Assembly (NCBI GenBank): GCA_014905635.1
Contig: JABVCE010000049.1
Span: 1 to 64,000 of the forward strand
DNA length: 64,000 nt
Direction of reading: 5' to 3'
DNA from: Scenedesmus sp. PABB004
Taxonomy: Eukaryota
In this document: positions 24,569 to 35,520 of the stretch, piece by piece
Layout: each line of letters begins with the position of its first letter
Position numbering within the stretch: position 1 is the stretch's first letter
Position numbers and translations under genes: made by a program
Notes under the pieces: generated by a model
Databases searched by the model: none
Seen by the model: only the letters and a program-made list of their open reading frames with translations
Told to the model about the DNA's origin: nothing

Positions 24569-27214
24569 TCACGGCGGCAGCGCCGCAACGGCGTCGGCAA
24601 AGCTGAGCAGAAGCTCCGGGACGCCGTGCACGCCTGCGGCGCCTGCCAGCTCTTGCACCGTCGCTGCCCTGCTCTGCCGCGGCCCGCAGCCCGCGCCGGT
24701 CGCCTCGCACACCGCGGCGAGGCTGGCGCAGAGCTGCGCGTGCAGCTGGAGCACGTGCGTGTGCTGCGCCACTTGCGCTGCAGGGCCGGCCAGCGCGGGC
24801 GCTGGTCGTGCCTCGTCCTCCACCTCCATCGCCGCCGCCGCGGCGGCCAGCAGGCTCAGGCCGTGCGGCATGCCGGACGACGGCGCGTCGTCCGCGGCCT
24901 GCAGTCGCCACGTCGCACCGCCGCCGAGCACGCCGGGGCGGCGCAGCGTGTCGCCCAGCCAGAGCAGGGCGTCCAGCAGCTGCCCCGCCAGCTCGCACGC
25001 CTCGTACCGGCAGGCGTGGGCGTTGTTGGCGGCGGCCGGCGGCGTCACGTTGTAGGGTGGAAGGCCCAGGAGGCGGCCGAGCGACCCCGCGCCTCGCGCG
25101 GCCAGGCGAGCCAGCACAGCCAGGGCCCCGGCGCCGGCGGCTGGCGCGGCCGCCAGCTGCTTGCACGCGCCGAGCAGCACTATGGCGTGCAGCGTCATAG
25201 CCGGGTCATACGGCCCGGGCGCCGCGCTGGACGCGGCCGCCTGCCCCGCCAGCAGCGCGTCGACCAGCGAGGCGCAGGCGCGCAGCTCCGCCTCGCCGCC
25301 CGGCCCCGCCGCCGCGTGCGCTGCCGCTCGCAGCGCGGCCAGCAGCGGCAGTGGCGCGAAGTCGGCCCAGAGCTTGAGCAGCGCGGCCTTGCCGCGCGGC
25401 GGCATGCCGCTGCGCAGCAGTGCCCGCGTTGCAGCCTCGTGTGCGGCCATTGCCGCCAGCGGGTGCGCCGCGCACGCTTCTGCCATAAGCAGCGCTACGT
25501 GGCGCGGCGGCGGTGGGTAAGCCGTCACGGCTGGCGAGTCAGCACCGCGGTGCCCGGGCCCCCCCTACCTCGCACTGCGCTTACGTGCGAGATCGGTGAG
25601 GTCGTGCAGCAGCAGGCCGGCCTGGATGGCAAGCCCATCGCTGACGGTGCGCTGGGCCGCGGCGAGGCCCCTCAAGAGCAGTGACAGCACGGGCGGCATC
25701 AGCTGCGCGCCCGCAGCCGTCAGAGCGCCGCCGCTGGCGGCCGTCAGGGCCTTGGCCGCGGCTGCCAGCTCCACCATGCCAGCCAGCAGCGCCGTCCAGG
25801 CTTCTTCCGGGCCCGGCACGAGCAGCAGCAGCTCGGTGTTGACTGAAAACGTGAGCAGCACGAGAAGCTGCAGCACAGAGCCGTGCTGCGCGCGGCCCTG
25901 CTGTGGCTGCCACTCCTGCGCTGCTGCAATCACGGCCGCGACCGCGGCCTGCACCACCACGTGGCTGTGCTCCGGCTGCACCGCCGCGACTGGCACCGCT
26001 GCGCCCGCCAGGGCCTGCCCATCCAGGCCACGCAGCAGCTGCTTGTGCAGCGGCGCCACTCCGCAGTCGACCGACGACGCCGCGGGCGCGGCGCCTGCAG
26101 CCATGTGCGCAGATGTCGCCGCCAGCAGCAGCTTCGACTGCCCCTTGAGCTGGCTGTGGAGCGCCTGGGCTGTGGCGGCGAGGTGCAGCAGCAGCAGCTC
26201 CACCACCTGCAAGCTGGCGGCAGGCGCACCGGCGGCCGCCGCCTCGGCGCCGGCGCCCTGCGTTGTCACCGCCCGCGCCAAGCACGCCGACACTGCAAAC
26301 GCAGCATGCCGCGCCGACGCCAAGCCCGCTGCAGCACTGGGCGCGGTGGCGACGCTGGGCTGCGGCACCCGCAGCACGGCGGCTGCCAGCAGCACGGCCG
26401 CTGCCGGCGCGGGCGTGTCGCCCTTGGAGCTGTCCCCCTGAGATAAGGGCGTGGCCACGAACAGCTCCAGCACCGGGCAAGCGATTGCAATCGTGGCGGC
26501 TGGCAGCTGAGGCTGAACCGACGGCAGCTCCGGCGTCGCCGCGCGCTGCCCCTCCAGCGCGCGGCACAGCACCGCGCTCGCGTGCGTCAGCGCCTGCAGC
26601 ACGTCTGCGGCGGGCGAAGCAGCGTTGCAGGGTCAGGCAGGCTGCGTCAGGCGACGCCCCGGGCTGCGCTCGACCAGCGCCGCCGGTGGTCAACGTGCAC
26701 ACGCACCCTCAGCCTCCGCAGCGGCGTGCCCGGTCTCGAGCGCTGCCGCGAGCGTGCGGCCGAGCGCCCCGTCGCGCAGCATGCCCGCCAGGCTGGTGGC
26801 GCCTGCGAGATCCACGAGGTCGTCGCCCGCAGCGCGCCGGGCAGCTCCGGCCGCCAGCCCGCCGCCGTGCTGGTCGTTCGCCGCGAGCGCTCGCTCGAGG
26901 GCCGCCGTGGCCAGCTGCACGCCCCTCGTGACCGCGCGCGCGAGCAGGAGCACCACGGAGCGATCCCGTAGCACGTGGAAGGCTGACGGCGCGCCTCCGT
27001 GCAGCCACGGCGCCGCCGCTGTCACCCACGCGCTCGCATCGCTCGCGCAGCTCAGGTCGTGGAGGGCCGCGGCCCAGCCGGCCCGCACGCGGAACGGCTC
27101 GCACGAGCCCAGGCTCAGCGCAGGGGAGGCGGGCCGCGACGCGGCAGCGGGCCGCTCACTGCTGTCGCTGCTGCGCGCGCCGGGCGAGCGCGGCGGCGGG
27201 TCGTCGCCGTCCAT
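24569..27214 (-). CDS. Hypothetical Ala/Leu-rich helical protein, about 3 exons
   Basis: ORF segments 27214-26707, 26604-25584 and about 25519-24569 separated by short GT-AG introns; no recognisable motif. Confidence 0.6.
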
Positions 27215-27749
27215 CGCCCGCGCAGCGGGGAGGGGAGGGGTGTGTGCGTTGCACGTGGGCGGTCGCAAGTCGTGGTGGCGGCGGTGAAGCGCTGGAGAGC
27301 GTGCCGCCCTGCCGCGTGCACCGCCGGCGCGTCAGGCCCCTGTGGCGGCCGCGCGCGCTGGCGCCGCCAGCCTGGCGGCGGTCCTGCCGGCCCTGAAGCG
27401 CGGCCCCACCGCTGCCGGAACGCGCGCGCGCGGGCCGTGCTGAGTGCTGAGCAACCCCAGGGCGCCCACCCCGGCCAGCCAGCCAGCCCCGCCGCCGCCG
27501 CCTGAGCGATGCAGCACCTGGCGAGAGCGGCGCGCCGCGCGGCGGCGCCCGTCGCGGCCGGCGCCGTCGGCGCGGCGGCGGCCGGGCCCTCGGTCGCGCA
27601 CGCCGACGCGCACGCGCTGCCGGCGCCGGGCGGGCCGGGGCGGCGCGTGGCGGACGCGTGGGAGCTGGTGGACGGCAAGCAGCTTACGACGACCATTTTC
27701 TCGGGCGATGAGATCGACGAGGCGCTCTGCTTCCTCACCGGGTGCGACA
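27030..27749 (+). repeat. Direct segmental duplication, copy 1 (copy 2 at about 31690-32433)
   Basis: Both copies hold a divergent promoter plus the first exons MDGDDPPPRSPGARSS (-) and MQHLARAARRAAAP...DEALCFLTG (+). Confidence 0.9.
27509..27741 (+). pseudogene. Orphan exon 1 of the gene at 32193-33433
   Basis: Same peptide as 32193-32425; homology ends about 8 nt into intron 1, then the sequence meets the RFC 3' end. Confidence 0.75.
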
Positions 27750-27861
27750 TGGTGCGGCGGCGGCGGCGGCTCGATCCTCCGCGCACGCGACGTCACATGT
27801 CAACGGGAGCGCACGGACCCGCCCCACCACCCCACCGCCCCGCGGCGCTCGCGCGCTGCGC

Positions 27862-29288
27862 TCAGCCGGCGGCGGCGATGGTCTTTTGCGCGGTCCCCAG
27901 CACGTGCAGGAGCTGCAGGAACTCGTCCGCGCCGTCCACCAGGTCCTTGTCCGCCGCGGCGAGCGCCTCGCAGATCTCGGCGCGCTGCCGGTCGCTCAGC
28001 GCGGGCGCCGCGGGCGCCGCCGCGACGCCCGCGACGCCGGGCACGAGCGCGGCCTGCAGCTGCGCGAGCACCTGCTGCGCGGGGAAGCCCTCAGCGATCA
28101 GGTCGGTCACCTGCGAAGCGGGGCGGGGGGGGGGGGGCACAGGGCAGTGGTGACGAGACGGGCGACGCAGCGCGACGCGCCCTGCGCGGAGGAGCGCAGC
28201 CACGCGCGCGCCTGCTGCTGCACGCTGGAGTAGCTGTTGGACGCGCACGCCTCCAGCACGGCGCCGATGACCTCCGGCGGCACCTGCCCGCTCACGTCCA
28301 GGATCGACTGTCTGCGCGCCCGGCACGTGCGGCAGGGAGGGACGGGGAGAGCGGGGCGTGAGCGGCGCACGTCGCGCGTGAGTGGCAGCGCAACTGCCGC
28401 CGCCCGCAGCGCCGTGCCCCCCCCCCCCGCCCTCCTGCGCTCGCGCTCGCGCGCGCCCGCGGCGGCTCACCGCGACACGACGTTGCCGCCCAGCCGCACC
28501 GCGCTCTGCAGCGTCGTCACCGCCTTGCGCAGGTCGCCGCCGGCCACCTGCGCGGCGGCAGCGGCGGCGGCGGGCTGACCGCGCGCGCGGCCCGCAGCAG
28601 CGGCCAACCGCCCAACCGCCCCAACCGCCCCGCCCGCCCGTGCCCCCCCCTGGGCAGCGCCGCCCGCCCCCCCCCCCCTCGGGCGGCGCCGCGCCTGCGC
28701 GAGCAGCGTGAGCGCGTCGGGGCTCAGCGTGACGGCCTCGCGGGCGCAGATGAAGGCGAGGCGGTCGGCCATGACCTCGCGGTGCAGCGGGCGGAAGCGG
28801 AACTTGGCGCAGCGGCTCGCGAGGGGCTCGATGATGCGGGAGACGTAGTTGCAGATGAAGGCGAAGCGCGTGACCTTGCTGTACGCCTCCATGGTGCGGC
28901 GCAGCGCGTTCTGCGCGTCCTGCGTCATGCTGTCGGCCTCGTCGAGGATGAGCAGCTTGTACGGCGGGCAGGGGTACCCCGGCACCGGCTGCCCCACCGC
29001 GCCCGCGGCAAAGGCCTTGACCTTCTGGCGCACCACGTTGATGCCGCGCTCGTCCGAGGCGTTGAGCTCCAGCACGCGCGTCTTCATCAGCTCCGGGCCG
29101 TACAGCTGCCGCGCGATCGCCAGCGCGGTGGAGGTCTTGCCCGTGCCCGGGGGGCCGTAGAAGAGCAGGTGCGGCAGGTTGCCCGTCTCCAGGGACCGCT
29201 TGAGCGTGGCCACGACCTCGTCCTGGTGCGCCACCTCGTCGACATTGCGCGGCCGATACTTCTCAACCCAGGGCTGCGAGATCGTCAT
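27862..29288 (-). CDS. RFC4: Replication factor C small subunit (human RFC4 / yeast Rfc2 type), 4 exons
   Basis: [87 protein letters not shown]. Confidence 0.95.
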
Positions 29289-29775
29289 GGCGCCGCCCGC
29301 CGTTGCGTGTGCCGGTCGCCGGCAGCACGGGTTACCTGCGGGACCGGCGAGCGAGGCGCGCGGGCGCGCGGGCGCGCCGGGCGAGGGCGGCGCGGGCTCT
29401 GATGCTGCTGCTCTGGGGCCGACGTGGGCGCTCGGGGGGTCGGGAGCGGCCGGCGACGTGCGGGGCGTGTGTGGAGTGGAGTGCGGTGGCGAGGCGGGCG
29501 GCGGGGCGAAAACTGGGGAAGCGATTTGATCGGCGGCGTTTCGAGTTTTTGGCGCGCTGCGGCGCACACCTGGGCTGCCCAGGCGGCGTGCGCACCCTCT
29601 CTCGCCCCGGCGCTTGCAAGTCCTTCTGCGCGAGCAGCAGCAGCGGCAGCAGCAGCGCCCGCGCTCGACCGCCGCGCGGCAGCAGCGGCGCCAGGCAGCG
29701 GCGGCGTCGCCGGCGGCAGCGGCGGCAGCGGTTGAGTGCTCTCCCACCCCCTCCTCCTCCTCAGCTGCGCCAGAC

Positions 29776-31558
29776 ATGTCGGCGCCGACCTCGCCGCGCG
29801 AGGAGGAGCCGGTCACGCTCGATGCTGCGCGCGAGTTCTTCTATGTCGCCCATCGATCAGCCGAGCGCCTGGCCGCTAGCCTGGGCTCTGTGGTCTCGGC
29901 GCTCGAGCAGCAGCAGGAGAGCGACGCCTGGCTGGAGCAGACGCGCCAGGAGGCTGACCGCGTGGCGGCGATCTACGCCGAGCAGGCACGGCAGGCGGCG
30001 GCGTGGCAGGCGCGAGTGGAGCACTACGTCGGCAGTGTACGCGAGCTCGGGGAGCGCATGGCCCTCGCAGAGCTGAAGGGCGAGCACTCGGAAGAGGTGC
30101 GCCGCGCCGCGCCGCGCCGGCGGCGGGGCGGGCGCGGCCCTGCCCTCCGCGCCCGCCGCCCCACGGCGCCGCGCGGCGCGGCGCGCGCAGGCTGAGCTGC
30201 CTGAGAACCAGGCCCGCCTGGTGCACCCGGAGCTGGTGCGGTTCCAGCTGGAGAAGAAGGCCAGGTGCCACAGGGGGGGGGCTGCGCGCGCGCGCGCCGC
30301 GTGCGCACCCGCGCCGGCCGGTGCGTGCCCGTCGCCGGCCCGCGCGCCACGCGCGCCCCGCCCGCCCCACCGCGCGCAGGATCCTGGGCCGCATCGGCGG
30401 CGTCCCAGCGCTCGGGCCGGGCAGCGCCGCGGTGCTGCCGGCGGCGCCGCGCGGCGTCGCGCTCAAGGCCACCGCGAGCGCGGCGGCGCGGGAGATCCAC
30501 TACAGCCGCGTGGAGGACAAGGACGCGGCGTGAGAGCCCGCGCGCCGGGGGGGGGGGGGGAGTTCAGGCGGGGGTCCAGCGCGGCGGCGGCGGGGCGCGC
30601 ACGCGGGGCGGCCGGCTGGGCACCGCCGGCGAGGCCACACCGCGCGCGCGGCCGCCCCCGCCCCTCGGCCGCCTCGCAGGCAGCTGGCGAGCGTGTTTCA
30701 GTTCCGCCAGGCCGCCGCGAGCGACGCGAGCGCCGGCCCGGGCACGTGGCGCGACGAGGCGGCGGCCAAGGACGTGCGCCGCGCGAGCGAGGCGGCGGCG
30801 GCGGAGCTGCGCCGCGCGCAGGAGCAGGAGGCGGCGCTGACGGCGGGCGGCGGCGCGGAGCTGGCGGTGCGCGGCGTGCGAGCGCGCTCCACTGGCGGGG
30901 GGGGGGGGGGGGGTTGCCGCCGCTGCCGCCGCTGATCGCCGCTCGCGTGCCCCCCCCCCCCCCCCCGCGCAGGCGGCGCTGAAGCAGCGCCTGGCGGCGC
31001 AGCGGGCCAGCGACGACGACGCGGCGGCGGCGGCGAGCTCGTTCAGGCGCGCACATGCTGGCGCGTCGCAGGAGCAGCTGGAGCTGGAGGAGGCCACGCC
31101 GGAGCTGGCGCAGGCGCTGCGGCGGCGCCAGGAGGAGGCGCGGCGCCACTCGGAAAGCAGCAGCACCGCTGGCAGCTGCGGCGGCGAGCCGGCAGGGCCG
31201 CGCGGTGCCAGCGCGGACGGCGCCCGCGCGACCGGCAGCGGCTCGGGCGGCGCGGCGTTTGGCAGCGAGCTGGCGGCGGTGCTGCAGGCACGGTGCGTTG
31301 GCACTGCTCGGGCGAGGGGCTCGCGCTCGCGGCCGCGGCCGAGCAGGCTGTCGCTCGCCCGCGCCCGCAACCCCGCGCAGGCGCTCGGCCAAGGCCTCTG
31401 CCGGGGCGGCGCGGCCGGGCGAGGGCAGCGCGCCGCCGGGGCCCGCGCCCGCGGCCGCCAGCAGCGAGCTCGAGGCGCAGCTCCAGGCCCGCGCGAGACG
31501 GGCCGCGGCGGCGGCGGCGGCGGCGGCGGCCGAGGCGCAGGGCGGCGAGCAGGCGTAG
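29776..31558 (+). CDS. Hypothetical coiled-coil protein, multi-exon
   Basis: Exons [11 protein letters not shown]...KGEHSEE|AELPENQ...[11 protein letters not shown]...|QLASVFQF...|AALKQRL...|RSAKAS...GGEQA* joined across short introns; E/Q/A-rich heptad-like pattern. Confidence 0.65.
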
Positions 31559-31619
31559 GCGGCGGTGGCAGCGTGCGGTTGTGAGGTTGCCGCTGCTGGC
31601 GCGGGCACGGCGCGCTCGG

Positions 31620-31870
31620 GGCTTCGCCGTGGCTGGCAACTGAGGCTGCACCACCGGCAGCTCCGGCGCCGCCGCCGCAGCCCACGCGCCCGCATCGCCC
31701 GCGCAGCTGAGGGCGTGGAGGGCCGCGGCCCAGCCTGCCCGCACGCGGAACGGCTTGCACGCGCCCAGGCTCAGCGCGGGGGAGGCGGGCCGCGACGCGG
31801 CGGCGGGCCGCTCGCTGCTGTCGCTGCTGCGCGCGCCGGGCGAGCGCGGCGGCGGGTCGTCGCAGTCCAT
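31620..31870 (-). pseudogene. Truncated, internally deleted copy of the 5' part of the gene at 24569-27214
   Basis: MDCDDPPPRSPGARSS...AWAAAAA fused directly to PELPVVQPQLPA, which matches 26500-26540; about 490 bp of the intact gene are missing at the junction. Confidence 0.75.
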
Positions 31871-32433
31871 CGCCAGCGCAGCGACGAGGGGAGGGGCGTT
31901 GTGCGTTGCACGCGGGCGACTTGCGACCGCCCGGTCGCAAGTCGTGGTAGCGGCGGCGGTGAGGGCCTGGCGCTGAAGCGCGCCGCACCCGCCCGCGGCG
32001 TGCACCGCCGGCGCGTCGGCCCCGTGGCGGCCACCCTCGGTCAGCACGCTGCCAGCCTGGCGGAGGTTCCGTCAGCCCTGAAGCGCGGCCCCCCGCCGCC
32101 GACGGCGCGCGCATGCCCTGCGGAGTGCTGAGTGCACGCCCAGGGCACCCACCCCCGGCCAGCCGGCCAGCCCCGCCGCCGCCGCGTGAGCGATGCAGCA
32201 CCTCGCGAGAGCGGCGCGCCGCGCGGCGGCGCCCGTCGCGGCCGGCGCCGTCGGCGCGGCGGCGGCCGGGCCCTCGGTCGCGCACGCCGACGCGCACGCG
32301 CTGCCGGCGCCGGGCGGGCCGGGGCGGCGCGTGGCGGACGCGTGGGAGCTGGTGGACGGCAAGCAGCTTACGACGACCATTTTCTCGGGCGATGAGATCG
32401 ACGAGGCGCTCTGCTTCCTCACCGGGTGCGACA
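31690..32433 (+). repeat. Direct segmental duplication, copy 2
   Basis: Matches 27030-27749; exonic parts are near-identical, the intergenic part is more diverged. Confidence 0.9.
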
Positions 32434-33433
32434 CGGCGCGGCAGTGCCATGCATGCGGGCGCCTGGGCACCGCACGCGCCGCGGAATGGCAGCAGCAGCA
32501 GCACAGCCGGCCCCCTGGCCTTGCCGCCCCTGAGCGGCCGCCCTGGCCGCAGGGTGAAGCCCGGCAGCCCCCGCTCGCCGTCGGCCGTGGTCGAGGAGCT
32601 GGGCGACACCGGCAGCGAGCTGAGCAGCGACGGCGCCGTCGACGCGCTGATCGAGCGCTGCTCGCCACCCGCGCCCGCCGTGCTGGCGGAGGGCCTGCCC
32701 CTGGACCTGGCGGAGCTCGGCACGGTCGCCTCGCGCCTGGTGCGGCGCAGCGCCGCACGCGCGGCGGGCCAGGCGTGCGCGCGCACTGGCGCTTAACGCG
32801 CTGCCGCCGTCGCTCGCAACCCTGCCTCGCGCCAACTTGGCCGTCGCTCGCGCGACGCCGCCAGCTCAAGTCCCCGGGCGTGCAGCACGAGCTGCTCCAT
32901 GCGGCGCTCGGCGACCCTGAGGTGCTCGAGATCCTGGCGTCCAGGGTGGACGGCCTGGTGCGCGCGCGCCGCGGAGCCTGGGCTGCGAGCGCGCCCCGGT
33001 GCAGCTCCAGCGCGTGCCGCCGACGCTGCCGCCGCCGCCGTTGCCGCTGCCGCCGCGACCGCAGCCCGAGTACCTCGTCGCGCAGGGCTTTGCCGCCAGG
33101 GGCCTGCTGATGCCGGGCGAGCGCGGCGCCGCCGAGCGCGGCGAGCGCAGCGCCCCCGAGCCCGCCGAGGCGACGCCGGGCGCGCTGGACGCACTGCGCG
33201 ACGCCGTGGGCCGGCGCGTGGAGGAGGCCGGGGCCGCGGTCGCGGCCCTCGGCCGGCTGCTGCGCGGCCGCCTGGGCCAGGCTGCTGCGCAGGCGCCCGG
33301 CGCCGGCGCGGGCAGCGCCGGGACGGTGCTGGGGGCGGTGGTGATGGTGGCCGTGGCGATCGTGGCGATCGTGGTTGCCAGGCGCCCGGGCGCGCTGCGC
33401 GGCCTGCTGCGCGCGGCCGCGCGCCGCGCGTGA
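32193..33433 (+). CDS. Hypothetical protein with presequence-like N-terminus and C-terminal transmembrane helix, about 4 exons
   Basis: Arg/Ala-rich N-terminus; C-terminus TVLGAVVMVAVAIVAIVVARRPGALRGLLRAAARRA*; GT-AG introns join the ORF pieces. Confidence 0.65.
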
Positions 33434-33843
33434 GCGCGGCGCGCGCGTGTACTACTTACCACGTACGACCCTCGTTTGCACGGTGTACCACCAGCGGCTT
33501 GACAACCTGAGACGCAGACGTGTGCCTGGCGCGCTTGTGAAGTATCCTGCCGCGCGCGCCCGCGGGCCGCGCTTTTCGACGGCGGCGGCGCCCCGATGTA
33601 ACTGCCCGACAGTCGTGCGGTGCTCCTCTCGTGCTACCCAGTGTTCCACGCGCGGCCCGGACCAGCAGCAGGCGCACGGCCTCCGAATCGCCGCACGAGC
33701 AGCGCTGCCGCTGCGCCCCCGGTGCGGGCGCACGCGGGCTCATCGCAGCGCACCGCCATGCCTCAGTAGCGCGTCATGGCGCGCCGGTCCTGAAAGCGTG
33801 CCGGCGGCCGGCGGCGAGCGGCGGCGGTTGGCGCGCCGTCGAG

Positions 33844-35441
33844 ATGGCCGCGCACTCGCCGCGGCGTGGCCTGGCGCGGGCCTCACAGCCCCTGCTGGAG
33901 GCGGTGGAGGAGCTCTTCGCCGACAGCGAGTCCATCGTGATCGCGGCGTTCCAGGTCCGACGGCCCACACCGCGCACGGGCGGGCGGCGCCCGCTGCTGC
34001 GCAGCGGGCGCGTTGGGGGGCGGCGGGCCCGCGCGACGCCAGCCCGCGCGGCGTCGGCGCAGGCCGCCAAGGTCACCTACGGCGGCGACTCCACCGGCGC
34101 GGCGCTGCTCAAGGCGCTCGGAGGCGGCAAGGCGCCCTCGGCGCGCGACCGGGACCACGTGCGCCCGGTCGTCGTCGCGTTCAGCGTGCGCCGCTCGCCC
34201 GCGGACCGGGGCTTCACCGCCGCCGTGCACTTTGCGCGCCCGCTGCGCATCAGCACGACGAGCAGCGCGTCGGGCATCGACGCGACCACGCGGCTCGAGG
34301 TGCGGGAGGCGCGCCGCGCTCCGCGCCCCACCCGGCGCCCCTGCGGCCGGCGCGCGTGCCCGCGCCGACCCGCGCCGTGCCCACGCCGACCTGCGCGTGC
34401 CCGCGCCGACCTGCGCGTGCCCCCGCCAACCCGCGCCGCCGCGCGGCAGCTGCGCAAGACGTACCCCCTGAAGTCGCTGCACGGCCTGCGCCTCACCGCG
34501 CCGCCGCGCGGCCAGCAGCAGCAGCCGGCGGCGGCGCCGCCGCTCGGCGAGGGCGGCGGCGGCGGCGCCGACGCGGTGGTGCTGGAGCTGCGCTGCGCCG
34601 CTGCGGCGCACCTGCCGGAGCACCGCGGCCAGTACCTCATCGAGGGCCAGGGCCCCGCGCTCACGCTGGCCAGCCTGGTGCTGCAGCTGCTGAGGTGCGG
34701 CGGCGCGCCGCCCGCCCCACCCGCCCCCTCCCCTGCCCAGCGCCGCGCCCGCCGCCTGCGCCGCGCCGCCCTCACCCGCGCCGCGCCGGCCGCGCACAGG
34801 CAGCAGGACGCGGTGCTGCCCAGCCTCGGCGGCGTGACCCTGGAGCGCCTGGACGGCTGGTGGTGCGGCCACAAGGAGGAGGTGGCCGCCGCGCTCACGC
34901 CCTTTGCGCACGAGGTCGTCACGCCCGGCGCCATCACGGTGCGCGCACGCTGCTGGCAACGCACCCCTCCCGCGCGCGGCCCGCGCAGCAGGGCGGGTGC
35001 AGCAGGGCGGGCGCAGCAGGGCGGGCGCAGCAGGGCGGGCGCAGCAGGGCGCGAGCGCGCCCCCCGCGGCGCCGCGGCGCGCAGGTGCCGCGCGGCGGCG
35101 CCGACGCGGGCGCGAGCGTGCTGGTGAGCGACAAGGAGGCGGCGGAGCTGGAGGAGCTGCTGGAGTTTTTCGAGCTGGGCCTGGGAGAGAGCGAGGCCTT
35201 TGCCGCGGCGCTGCAGGTGTGATGGGGCGCTGCTTGGGGGGCGCTGCTGGGACCGGGGGCCGCGGCGGCGCGCCCGCGCGCGCCCGCCGCCCACGCTGCC
35301 GCCGCTGCGCGCAGGAGGAGGCGTGCGCGCTGGAGGCTGCCAACGTCCACGCCATGCTCGGCGCGGGCGCGCTTGTGGAGGGGACGCTGGGGCAGCTGCG
35401 CCACGCGCAGGGCCTGCTGGACGACCTGGACGAGAGCCTCA

Positions 35442-35520
<79 letters not shown>

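Noticed and set aside
32193..33433. Assignment to a specific plant family of uncharacterised tail-anchored proteins
   Set aside because: The resemblance is too weak to support without a profile search.
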